Origin: Macrostomum lignano
Taxonomy: Eukaryota
Assembly: GCA_002269645.1 (NCBI GenBank)
Contig: NIVC01000446.1
Location: forward strand, 1-64,000
DNA length: 64,000 nucleotides
Direction of reading: 5' to 3'
The notes beneath the pieces were generated by a model. It worked only from the letters and a program-made list of their open reading frames with translations, ran no database searches and had not been told where the DNA came from. Of the stretch, positions 49,549 to 61,309 are shown piece by piece. The translations under genes were made by a program, and so were the position numbers. Numbering within the stretch: position 1 is the stretch's first letter; each line of letters begins with the position of its first letter.

Positions 49549-49884
49549 ATGCGCTACATCGCCGCCTTCCTGCTGTCCGCAATGAGCGGCCAGGAGCCCA
49601 CCAAGGAGTCCGTGAAGAAAATCCTCGGCTCTGTCGGCATCGACTGCGAAGAGGACCGGCTGAACAAACTGTTCGCCGATCTCAAGGGCAAGAGCATCGA
49701 CGAAATGATCGAGGCCGGTCAGAAGAAACTCGCCAGCGTCCCGTCTGGCGCGCCCGCCGCTGGTCCGGCCGCCGCTGCACCCGCCGCGGCCGCCGAGGCA
49801 GCAAAGCCGGAGGCCAAGAAAGAGGAGAAGAAAGAGGAGTCCGAGTCAGAGGATGACGACATGGGATTCGGCCTGTTTGACTGA
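49549..49884 (+). CDS. RPLP2: 60S acidic ribosomal protein P2, copy 2 (intronless CDS)
   Basis: Same protein as copy 1 except one Ala/Pro difference in the hinge. Confidence 0.97.
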   Translation: MRYIAAFLLSAMSGQEPTKESVKKILGSVGIDCEEDRLNKLFADLKGKSIDEMIEAGQKKLASVPSGAPAAGPAAAAPAAAAEAAKPEAKKEEKKEESESEDDDMGFGLFD

Positions 49885-50807
49885 GAGACTCGAATCAAAT
49901 TGTAGCTGTGGACAAGGTTGTTGAGCGGCCCAGATTCAATGCTAAGTTGGGACTCGCTTCTTTCTGTGGCTAAAAATACAAGTCATTGAAAAATATTCGA
50001 GTGTCTTCGACGACATTCTTCACCGGAGACGGACCAGTGTTATTGGATGCAAATCTGTGTTTGAAGTTTAATTGTTTGTCTTGCCTTCATTATTTTCCAA
50101 ACGCTGTACGCAGGCACGCATTCATACAGGGTGTACAGCGGTCCTGCTTTTCTGAGAAACATGTACACTCTGCCATCGTGGCTGCGAATCGCACGAGATT
50201 TTCTAGGGTTCGGAAGTTTCCCGCTTTTCAGGACAAGGCAAATCATTTAGAACAACTGTGAATTTTTAATAAAGCCAACATCATTGCCTGAATATGTATT
50301 TACTGTCAATCAGGATACAGAATTGCATATACATGTGGTTTAGTGTATGCGTAAAAGTACATTTATTTACTCGTTTATTATTACTCCGGACAAAAGTGTA
50401 CTTAAGTTTGTTAAGCGTAGATACTAGAATGGGTATTTGTCGCTCGCAAAAATGCGCCTTATCTACTCTTCTCTTTTTAGTGGTAAAAAATAGCGTTTTG
50501 CCTTTGTAATAATGGTACAACTAAGATTTCGTTAAATTTTACAAGATATTGGATTTTGAAAGTTATTTTGAAGCTGCTGCAATAATTGCCTCCCTCCGGC
50601 TTTCTACGAGCAGAACCATTAAACAAGCATTTTCACCGTTTTTCCGACTACCGAGTCTAGAAATTATTTAATAAAGAGATCAATTTAAGACTGGATTGCA
50701 AAAAAAACTTGAAAAAGCCTAATCCCGTGCGTTCTCTAGCGAGCAAGAGAAAAGCGGTGGCGCCCCAGACCCCAGCCAGGCCAATAAACAGTTGGGCCTT
50801 CTTGGCC

Positions 50808-51165
50808 GCCGTCTGACTTTGACCTCTCTCCTTACTGCTCTCTCATTGGCTGAGTTAGATTGGGCCTAGGCCTAGCCTGAGTTTTGTCCGTCTGACTTTG
50901 ACCTCTCTCCTTACTGCTCTCTCATTGGCTGAGCCAGATTGGGCCTAGGCCTAGCCTGAGTTTTGTCCGTCTGACTTTGACCTCTCTCCTTACTGCTCTC
51001 TCATTGGCTGAGCTAGATTGGGCCTAGGCCTAGCCTGAGTTTTGTCCGTCTGACTTTGACCTCTCTCCTTACTGCTCTCTCATTGGCTGAGCTAGATTGG
51101 GCCTGCCCCCTAGGCCTAGACTTATTTTTGTCCGACTGACTTTGACCTCTCTCATTACTACTCTT
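50808..51165. repeat. 79-bp tandem repeat, about 4.5 copies
   Basis: Unit GGCCTAGGCCTAGCCTGAGTTTTGTCCGTCTGACTTTGACCTCTCTCCTTACTGCTCTCTCATTGGCTGAGYYAGATTG, starting at 50862, 50941 and 51020. Confidence 0.92.
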
Positions 51166-51398
51166 ATTGGCTGCCATGCTCTTAAGGTTGCAAACCGCGA
51201 GGACGAAAATTTTAGCTGCGACAGTAAATTTAAGTGACATTGCGCAGAAAAAGTACTGAAATTTGAGTATACATTCTACTTTTGACAACATTAATTGCGA
51301 GTGACATGCCTAATTTTTCTGTATTTACCAAGAGTGGCACTCAATAGAATAGCTCGTATTTAGAACAAAGCGGTCTGTAAAATATAAATTTGTATGAT

Positions 51399-54142
51399 CT
51401 AAGTGTGCCCCATCATCCAGACCAGGCTCTGTGCCATAGCGCTCAGTTCTCTAGAATCTGACGCTTGCACACACCAAGGATTTGGCAATTGGCCAAGTTT
51501 CAAAGCTTGAATAGTTTGCATGCAGCTCACGGTGCGACAATTATCAGATCTGCCTATCAGAGGCAGGACTAAGACTGGCCGGTTCGGCTGCAGGGCCGCG
51601 GCGAAGGCCTCAAGCTCTGGTTGGCTTTCAGCGACTTCCTGCGGAGACGATTCCGCGTCCACCGTGTAGATGAGACCGTCTAGTTCGAGTCTGGTGATCG
51701 TTGGGATCACCTGGAGTGGAGATGCGCGATCAGGATAGATTATTTGGATTCCAGATTAAGTACAGCGGATCGGTGAGGATCGGGTAGGCAGTGGATCAGG
51801 TAGACAGACAGATCGAAGATCGGGTAGGCAGAGGATCGGGTAGGGAGAGGATCGGTAGACAGAGTGTCAGGTAGACAGATCGAGGACCGGGTAGGCAGAT
51901 AATCAGGTAGGGAGAGTATCAGGTAGACAGATCGAGGATCGGATAGGCAGAGGATCGAGTAGGGACAGGATCGTGTAGGCAGAGGATCAGGCAGGGAGAA
52001 GATCGGGTAGACAGAGTATCAGGTAGACAGATCGAGGATCGGGTAGGGACAGGATCGGATAGACAGACAGATCGAGGATCGGGTAGGGAGGGGATCGGGT
52101 AGACAGACAGATCGAGGATCGGGTAGGCAGAGGATCGGGTAGGGACAGGATCGGATAGACATCGGGTAGGCAGAGGATCGGGTAGGCAGAGGATCGGGTA
52201 GGGAGGGGATCGGGTAGACAGACAGATCGAGGATCGGGTAGGCAGAGGATCGGATTTATTACTTACTAGGCAGAGGATCGGGTAGGCAGAGGATCGGGTA
52301 GGCAGAGGATCGGGTAGGCAGAGGATGCAGCAGAGAGCACGCGCACCTGGTACCGCCGTCTACTCTGCTGTCCCGCCGTCGCCTCGCCCCGATCCCCTTC
52401 TCCAGCATCGGCGCCGCCCGCGGCCGGCTGCAGCTGCAGCAGGATGCTGGCTCGAACCCGTTGCGCTTCGCCCAGCTGCCTCTCGCGATCCTCGCGCCGG
52501 CAGGAGTACAGGGTGAGCAAGTCGAAGACGTAGCTGCCGCCATCGTCTGACGTCATTCGATAGGTGATGCCGGACCCGATGCCGTCCACCCCGTTGATCA
52601 TGTTGATGGGCTCGAACTGCTGGCCCAGGCGGTTGTGCACCAGGCTGTACACCAGCTTGGAAGTTCGCCGGCTCTCAATGCCGGAGCCAAGCAGGGCGAA
52701 TTTCGGGTTGCGTTTCCAGCGCTTTGATAAATATTGACGAACCCGCTCGTAGCCGAGGCCGCCGGGGAGGTACCAGGCTGCTGGCGGGGTGTTCTGGCGC
52801 ACCATGGGGCAGCACCTGTGGGCCAGTTTTTTTGTGGGAAATTATCCAGGTCAATATCAATCCCAAGGTTGATCCATTCCAATGTCATCATCCATCTCAA
52901 GGTCATCATCCATTTCCATTTCAAGGTCATTCTTCATCCCAAGGTCATTCTACACTCTAATGTCCTCACAAAGTCATTCTAAAGGCCAAACGTCAACTCC
53001 TAAGCCTAAGCCTAAGGTCATCCGAAATTAAATTGCTCCATTCATCACTATGTAACCAAAATACGACACTAGTAACTGTCGATTCTTTGTTTCCCAAATC
53101 CCAATCTGATCGATTCCCAAGTCCCGAATCCCAATCCGATCGATTCCCAAGTCCCGAATCCCAATCTGATGGATTCCCAAGTCCCGAATCCCAATCCGAT
53201 CGATTCCCAAGTCCCGAATCCCAATCTGATCGATTTCCAAGTCCCGAATCCCAATCTGATCGATTTCCAAGTCCCGAATTCCAATCCGATCGATTTCCAA
53301 GTCCCGAATTCCAATCCGATCGATTCCCAAGACCCGAATCCCAATCCGATCGATTCCCAAGTCCCGAATCCCAATCCGATCGATTCCCAAGTCCCGAATC
53401 CCAATCTGATGGATTCCCAAGTCCCGAATCCCAATCCGATCGATTCCCAAGTCCCGAATCCCAATCTGATCGATTTCCAAGTCCCGAATCCCAATCCGAT
53501 CGATTTCCAAGTCCCGAATCCCAATCTGATCGATTCCCAAGTCCCGAATCCCAATCCGATCGATTTCCAAGTCCTGAATTCCAATCCGATCGATTCCCAA
53601 GTCCCGAATCCCAATCCGATCGATTTCCAAGTCCTGAATTCCAATCTGATTGATTCCCAAGTCCCGAATCCCAATCTGATAGATCTCCCAATTCCCGGAT
53701 CCCAATCTGATCGATTCCCAAGGTTAGCTAATTATCAATTGTAAAGTACAAACCTAATATAGACCTCCTTGCTGCTGACTTGGCCAATCAAAGAGTCAGG
53801 ATTCCGATCGCGACTAAGCCTTGACCAAGTTGGCAGGTCTCTATTGAGCAGAAACTGCCACAACAGCTCGTCTGAGCCAATCTGATTGAACTGCCGCGAC
53901 ACGCAGGCGCACGAGCACAGATCCTGGGCGTTCAAATAGGCAAAGATGTTCAATAGAATCTCTGGCGGTAGCAGGCTTTGAATGTCGACAGTAGTTGAAC
54001 TGCTGCTGGCAGCATCCTCGGCTGTTTCTTCTGTCAGGCTCTGCTGATGCGACAGTCGCTGACCGCTGGCCTCCCTGGAGTGTCCCAGCCGTTCTCGGAT
54101 ATACTGGTTCAAATTGTATAGCGTGTTGCTTAGGAAACTCAT
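51399..54142 (-). CDS. FBXO4: F-box only protein 4; 3 exons: 54142-53754, 52815-52347, 51710-51399
   Basis: F-box LLPPEILLNIFAYL...DELLWQ; YIR|CCP junction; PKFALLGSGIE, DGIGSG, FDLLTLYS and PNPWCVQ match the FBXO4 GTPase-like substrate-binding domain; junction phases 2 and 0. Confidence 0.88.
51760..52330. repeat. Degenerate 16-bp-based array (GAGGATCGGGTAGGCA)n, FBXO4 intron 2
   Basis: Seen directly. Confidence 0.88.
53090..53720. repeat. 30-bp minisatellite (GATCGATTCCCAAGTCCCGAATCCCAATCY)n, FBXO4 intron 1
   Basis: About 21 units; 10-aa periodic ORFs. Confidence 0.95.
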
Positions 54143-54769
54143 AATGATAATAATAATAGCGTTCTATAGAAAAGCCAAGGCCCAGTTCTCAGCCTTAAAG
54201 TTTTAGCTTGTTCTTGAGCCTATTTAAGACAGCGAGCCTCTGTGTCTCTGATTATAATTTCTCTCAGCTTTGCACTTTTGCAAATAAAATGTCTGCTTTG
54301 GTTGCGCACAGGGCAGGCCCACGCTTTTCTTGTCTAATTTCTCTCTCTTCCACTCCTCGCCGCCCAGCGCCGGTGTACACCCAACCCCCAAATAAATGTA
54401 CAGCCAGTCCCCTTAATGTACACCAGGCCCATGACCCGACCCCTGCATTAATTTCTTTCCTAGCACTGTACATTATCCACCTCGCTCCCACGGCCCAACG
54501 ACCGGGCCAGAGCATATTCCCAGGCTAGCCAGACAATCCACTACACAAAAAATACGTGGCTAGCCAGGTGGCTCCACCGTGGGTCCACCTTGGCTAGCCC
54601 TTGCACCCGTGGACTCGGGGAATCAAATGAGTGAGTCAGACAGTTTCCCACGCTAAAAATAGCTTGTTGACGGGACCCAGCCAGGCGGCTGTGGAAAAGC
54701 AGACGCCAGAACTTGACTCGTATTGGTTGGCAAGATACATAGCACTAATTCAAAAAAAGAAAAAAAAAT

Positions 54770-55730
54770 TTTTGGCGCCATCGCGTGAGAACTAAATGCA
54801 TTGACCTTGCCAGGGCGCTAAAATGGGCGCCCAAAGGCTGAAATTGGCGCCGGTATATTAAAATCGGCGCCAAAAAGTAGCAAGCTGATATATGCTGCCA
54901 CTTCTACGCCCGTTGGCAAATTCCAGCGCTGATTCGGCGATCCTGGCGCCAAATTTAGCTTCCGGCGCCAATTCGAGCTTTCCCGCGCCAATTTGAGCTT
55001 TCCAGCGCTAGTTTGAGCTTCCTAGGGCTGGTTTGGGCCTTCTTGAGTTTATTTGGGGTTCCTGGCGCCAATTTGGGGATCCTGGCGCCAAATTTAGCTT
55101 CCGGCGCCAATTCGAGCTTTCCCGCGCCAATTTGAGCTTTCCAGCGCTAGTTTGAGCTTTCCAGGGCTAGTTTGGGTCCTCTCGCGCTGATTTCAGCATT
55201 CCAGCGCTGATTCGGCGATCCTGGCGCCAATTTGGGGATCCTGGCGCCAAATTTAGCTTCCGGCGCCAATTCGAGCTTTCCCGCGCCAATTTGAGCTTTC
55301 CAGCGCTAGTTTGAGCTTTCCAGGGCTAGTTTGAGCTTCCTAGGGCTGGTTTGGGCCTTCTTGAGTTGATTTGGGGTTCCTGGCGCCAATTTGGGGATCC
55401 TGGCGCCAAATTTAGCTTCCGGCGCCAATTCGAGCTTTCCCACGCCAATTTGAGCTTTCCAGCGCTAGTTTGAGCTTTCCAGGGCTAGTTTGGGTCCTCT
55501 CGCGCTGATTTCAGCATTCCAGCGCTGATTCGGCGATCCTTGCGCCAATTTGGGGATCCTGGCGCTAAATTTAGCTTCCGGCGCCAATTCGAGCTTTCCC
55601 GCGCCAATTTGAGCTTTCCAGCGCTAGTTTGAGCTTTCCAGGGCTAGTTTGAGCTTCCTAGGGCTGGTTTGGGCCTTCTTGAGTTGATTTGGGGTTCCTG
55701 GCGCCAAATTTAGCTTCCGGCGCCAATTCC
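54770..55730. repeat. Hierarchical array of ~20-bp GCGC(C/T)A monomers in alternating ~140-160-bp blocks
   Basis: Block starts at about 54941, 55081, 55240, 55399, 55558 and 55697; two block types alternate (318-bp period). Confidence 0.88.
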
Positions 55731-55827
55731 GGCATATATTTCCTCATCCTTGAATGACCTCATTTATCATCATCTCCCTGTCCTCAAATGGCCTTTCAAA
55801 AACTCGGTCGCCACCCCTAACCTGCAG

Positions 55828-55983
55828 GCCTCCGCCGATCCGAAATCCGAGGACGACCTCGATCTTGATGTCAAAGTGGATAACGATGACGAAGATTACG
55901 AGGGCGAATTCGACGCCACACTGTCTGGTCACCAGCAGCTGAACTCGGAGCCGAATTTCCGGCTGAATTCGTCGATTATTTAA
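55828..55983 (+). CDS. Putative orphan terminal exon encoding an acidic 51-aa tail (ASADPKSEDDLDLD...NSSII)
   Basis: Branch point/acceptor CCCTAACCTGCAG at 55815-55827, coding-like GC content, ends in TAA. No upstream exon identified. Confidence 0.4.
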   Translation, partial: ASADPKSEDDLDLDVKVDNDDEDYEGEFDATLSGHQQLNSEPNFRLNSSII

Positions 55984-56298
55984 AAACTGCACTAGCATGC
56001 GCTTGCACTACTGTCCTTAAGTAGCTAGTTGTAGCTGTTTAACTATTATCTGCGGTGTCGGTCTGTTTATGGACTTTTTCAGTTTTATCTGTTATTTTTC
56101 CATCCCTCACTTTTCTCTCGCTTTGGTCAAAAATCAATTCCTGATTGATTTTCCCGAATTCCCCCATTTGAATACATTAGAATTTTTCGGAATCTCCGCC
56201 ATTGAATATCTGGAAAGCTGATTAAGCTAGAGACATGATTCTTTCTGCGGAAGACACCGACTGGCACGCTCTAATGATCTGTAGAATGTCAAATCTCA

Positions 56299-58438
56299 GA
56301 GATCAAGCGCCACCCAAAGACAGCACTCCCAAATACAGCGCCCCCATGGAAGGGCAGTGTGTTCTCGCGCAGTGTGTTTGTTGCATAGATAATTTGCTAT
56401 AGCACATTTCCTCTGGTGACCAGTCCAGTAATGTGTATTGACAGTCGCAAAGTCATTCGCTATGCGCATAAAACACGATTCTACCTTTCATATCCTTTTT
56501 GCACTACTAGTAGTGCGGCTGAAGTACGCGAGGTAAAATAATTTCTTAGCAGCCAAAAATAACAGTTTGAAGAGAAAAAAGAATAAATAATTCTTCTTAG
56601 ACAGGCGCCGCGGAATGAGTTTTTCCGGGGGGGGGGGGCAGGACCAAGTTTCCGAAACTCAAGCCCAGACCCTGTCTTGGACAGTGACCAAAAATTGGAG
56701 CAAAATTATGCCGTTGAACGGTATTCGAGGGGGGGGGGGCAATGCCCCTCCAACTCAATGTCAGGGGGGCAGCTGCTGCCCCCCTTGCCCCCTTGTTCCG
56801 CGGCGCCTGCGTTGTTTGCAGTTTGCAGTGACAGGCACCGAAGCTTGCACAAGACTCCTGTGCCATACAGAGAATCCCTGAGAGCCGGGAATGCCCGACC
56901 AATGGGATGCCGGGACTTGCTCTGCGCTCATTGGCCCGCGCCACTCTCCGCCGGAACTCTCGCCCCCATTTATCCCCTTGTTTTATCCGCCGTTGAGCAC
57001 CAGAAGGCTGCATATCTTGCCTGGTTTAAAACTGTTGCTTTCGGGTATTCCCTCCCTCAAGCACTGCAGAGGAAAAGTAGCAAATATATATGATTCGCGA
57101 TCCACTCTGCAAGATCTCTTTCAACCTGAGTTCTTTTGTTAAGAATAGCTGCGATAACTCCAGTGCCAACGGATCAGTGTGGCGAGATCAAGCGCCACCC
57201 AAAGACAGCACTCCCAAATACAGCGCCCCCATGGAAGGGCAGTGTGTTCTCGCGCAGTGTGTTTGTTGCATAGATAATTTGCTATAGCACATTTCCTCTG
57301 GTGACCAGTCCAGTAATGTGTATTGACAGTCGCAAAGTCATTCGCTATGCGCATAAAACACGATTCTACCTTTCATATCCTTTTTGCACTACTAGTAGTG
57401 CGGCTGAAGTACGCGAGGTAAAATAATTTCTTAGCAGCCAAAAATAACAGTCTAAAGAGAAAAAAGAATAAATAATTCTTCTTAGACAGTGCAGTATCCA
57501 AGAATATTCTATTCTATTGTATTCTATTCTATTGTATTGTATTGTATTCTATTCTATTCTATTCTATTCTATTCTATGCGCCACCCAAAGACAGCACTCC
57601 CAAATACAGCGCCCCCATGGAAGGGCAGTGTGTTCTCGCGCAGTGTGTTTGTTGCATAGATAATTTGCTATAGCACATTTCCTCTGGTGACCAGTCCAGT
57701 AATGTGTATTGACAGTCGCAAAGTCATTCGCTATGCGCATAAAACACGATTCTACCTTTCATATCCTTTTTGCACTACTAGTAGTGCGGCTGAAGTACGC
57801 GAGGTAAAATAATTTCTTAGCAGCCAAAAATAACAGTCTAAAGAGAAAAAAGAATAAATAATTCTTCTTAGACAGTGCAGTATCCAAGAATATTCTATTC
57901 TATTGTATTCTATTCTATTGTATTGTATTGTATTCTATTCTATTCTATTCTATTCTATTCTATGCGCCACCCAAAGACAGCACTCCCAAATACAGCGCCC
58001 CCATGGAAGGGCAGTGTGTTCTCGCGCAGTGTGTTTGTTGCATAGATAATTTGCTATAGCACATTTCCTCTGGTGACCAGTCCAGTAATGTGTATTGACA
58101 GTCGCAAAGTCATTCGCTATGCGCATAAAACACGATTCTACCTTTCATATCCTTTTAGCACTACTTAGTAGTGCGGCTGAAGTACGCGAGGTAAAATAAT
58201 TTCTTAGCAGCCAAAAATAACAGTCTAAAGAGAAAAAAGAATAAATAATTCTTCTTAGACAGTGCAGTATCCAAGAATATTCTATTCTATTGTATTCTAT
58301 TCTATTGTATTGTATTCTATTCTATTCTATTCTATTCTATTCTATGCGCCACCCAAAGACAGCACTCCCAAATACAGCGCCCCCATGGAAGGGCAGTGTG
58401 TTCTCGCGCAGTGTGTTTGTTGCATAGATAATTTGCTT
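56299..58438. repeat. Head-to-tail ~386-bp units, each complete unit ending in a (TATTC/TATTG)n tail; copies start at 56307, 57192, 57578, 57964 and 58346 (partial)
   Basis: Near-identical units GCGCCACCCAAAGACAGCACTCCC...CAGTATCCAAGAA followed by the pentamer tail. Confidence 0.92.
56602..56809. mobile_element. hAT-like MITE (TIR CAGGCGCCGCGGAA / TTCCGCGGCGCCTG), no TSD match
   Basis: 14-bp perfect TIRs and internal poly-G/poly-C; truncates the first 386-bp unit. Confidence 0.7.
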
Positions 58439-60255
58439 GTGAAAGCAACCCACGATACATTGATCTGTGAATACAATCAATACATTAAATAAAAGCAGTC
58501 AGATTCAGAGATCCTGTAATTGTTTTAGAGGCTGATTTTCGTGAAAATACACTGGAGAATATATCATTAACAAAATATATTACCCAAAGCATTTCATTCT
58601 GAAGGATGAAGACTACCATTATTTTAATATAGCGTGCACAACATGTTACTCTACTTTATTTTATATGCTAATAGTTGCGCGTTAATAAGTTTCATCATCC
58701 TAGTTTTCATTTTTAATACACTTATGAATTTTTTTACTGTTGTGTCCCTTCTTCACACTTTATATGCTACATTATATATATACTTGTTTCAAGACAAAGC
58801 AAAACAAAATATTTCGGCTACTGATACTAATGTCACTAGTGAGTATTTATAACCTTTGGCTTGTAAAAATTTAAAAAAGAATTATATCTAAATTATATTC
58901 AGATTAAATCTAAATATAATCTATATTAGGCAAAAACTTTTTAAACCCAACAGGCAACATACATGTATATAATACAACAGACTGACATGCTTTGCATCCT
59001 AAATTAAAAGAATGGTAGTATTCATTAACCGAGATCAAATGCTATCGCTTGATTTTGTGATGCAAAAATGACGCTTTTCCTGTCTCCGCATCCGCACTGT
59101 TATTTTTGATGGATATTAGCCTCCAAAAATTATAAAATTGCACGGCGAATGCCGCGAATGTACTGCCTGAGGTCTTGAGAAAGTTTCTGAATAATTTTAC
59201 TTTACTCTAGAACTGTATTAAATGCATGACAATTCATAATAACAATTAGGCTGCATTCTCACATGAACTTTAAAAATCATAAATTTACGATACATTAAAT
59301 AAAAAGTAACTGAGTTCTTGTTGTCAACAGCTACGGAAAACATTAACAAAACTGAACTTACCTTTCGATTTTTTTACTCGTCCATGATAAAAGCAGGGAA
59401 GTTTTTAAGTTTTATTGCAATACATAAAACATTTAAGACTTTTTTACCAGAAAAAATGTATCTAAGGTGGCACAACAGTTGAACTTTCAAATATTTTTTT
59501 TTTTTAATAATTACGATACGTCGAAACGGTACCGGTATAATTGATCTTCGACTTCAATGACAATAAATATGACAGGAACTAAATGTGCTTCACCCGAAGT
59601 GTTACAAAAGATTACTAAGTGTTCAATATTAGCACTGCTAGACTCAAACCGTGCCAAAACAAAAACAAACCAAAAAAACACAGACCATGAGTGATGAGTG
59701 CATGACTTCATGAGAGTTACTTAACTTTAGGCCTGCAACTGCCACATTAATGGACTGCCACATCGCTAACTTGCAGGCGGTTGAGCTTGCTGCTGATATT
59801 GGCAGCAGTGTGAGCTGTGAGCGCGTGCATGCAAGGAGCCTACCTGTGCTGTGCATCTTAGTATTAAGGCTATTGGCTAACCCGATAATATATCAATTTG
59901 GCTTATGAGTGGCTCTCCAATGCATTATCACCAGCTTAATCACTTAAATTCTACAAACCCAAAATGAGCTACTGATTTAAAGTACTATGATTACAGACGA
60001 AGTATGAATGCTAATACTAAATTTTAAAAAATCATTTCCACCGTTTTTATTTATGTTCGAATAAATAATACTTTTTACTCTTTCAATACTACTATTATCC
60101 GCGTATTTTCATCGCTTAAACTTAATAATCCTCTAATTTTAGTAGTAATAATCCTTACCATAATTTAATGTTGTTCACTTAAATTCTAATTTTTGGTCTT
60201 CTGCCTGTTCTGCTTTTTTTACACTCACAATACTTACATCAAGAAAATATTTTGT

Positions 60256-60320
60256 CTAGCAAGATTCGAACCTCAAACCTTCCAATTTCAAGTCAGGCGC
60301 ACTGGCCACTCGACCAATTT
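60256..60320 (-). mobile_element. tRNA-like (Ser-TGA-derived) SINE head or tRNA pseudogene
   Basis: Minus strand TGGTCGAGTGG (A-box), GACTTGAAAT loop, GGTTCGAATC (B-box); no intact cloverleaf. Confidence 0.55.
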
Positions 60321-61309
60321 TTAGCGGTGTCTATTTTTAGCATTCAGAATTCCCAGACTTCTCATTCCCGTCCGCGGGTGCACTCGACCCCAGCCTACAC
60401 GGACCAATAGCAGCGTTCCTTGGCATATCTAGCGTACTATCACTGTGCGCACTGTGTGGACTCTCTAGGCTAGCCTGTGTGGGTCCACACGTGGACTCAC
60501 TGGCTAGCCAGGTATTTTTTGTGTAGTGGATTGTCTGGCTAGCCCACGGCCGTTAGGTGACCGGGCCCCGTTGCAGTAATTCAGCCTTCCATTTACAGCT
60601 CGTCTCTCTAATTGCGATTCATGCATTGCACTACACTGTTCAGTATCTTAAGTCCTAACGCTTCATGTCACGTCCTATGCTGGTTTTGAAAAGCGCTTAA
60701 TTTGTCTAATTTAGTAGCTATCATAATTGTTAATTGGCTTGAAAATTTGCTTTTCTGGCGCAAATACAATGCAGTCTATGTAGGAGAAGTGGCTTGCAGT
60801 TGCAGTATACAAGCGTAGTACTGCGGTCTTATCAATAATCCATATTACTGTAGCCGTAATTTAATAGTTAATACAAACAATCTCGTAATTCCTCATAACC
60901 CTCATTTCCTCAATCCTCATAATTTAGCTTAAACCGCAAGTTGTCAAGTTCAAGATCACAGCAATCAGAGTTACCAACGCGGCACTGTATCGCAGCGATA
61001 TGCATAGGTGCTATACGAATACAATACTAAGCTAACTAGGACGGATGTTGCTTTCTTAACCCCTGGCCTGAATGGACATTTTACGAGCATTTTTGACTTA
61101 CTTTCATCCAGGGACTCTATATCATTATTTTCTACTTAAAGTAGGCTATTAAGAACATTTATAAACTACCCTCTCGTTATCTTGAAATACAAAGTTTTAA
61201 TCGTCATTTTGGGTCAGCTTTTTTTGCAAAAAGCAGACTTTAAGTGAGTGGGCAAGCAAAAATTTTTGGTGCTCCTTGTAAGCAGCTTTGAGGGCACCTT
61301 GAGCTAAAG

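Noticed and set aside
52993-53744. Five overlapping ~190-240-aa ORFs
   Set aside because: Translations of the 30-bp array in FBXO4 intron 1.
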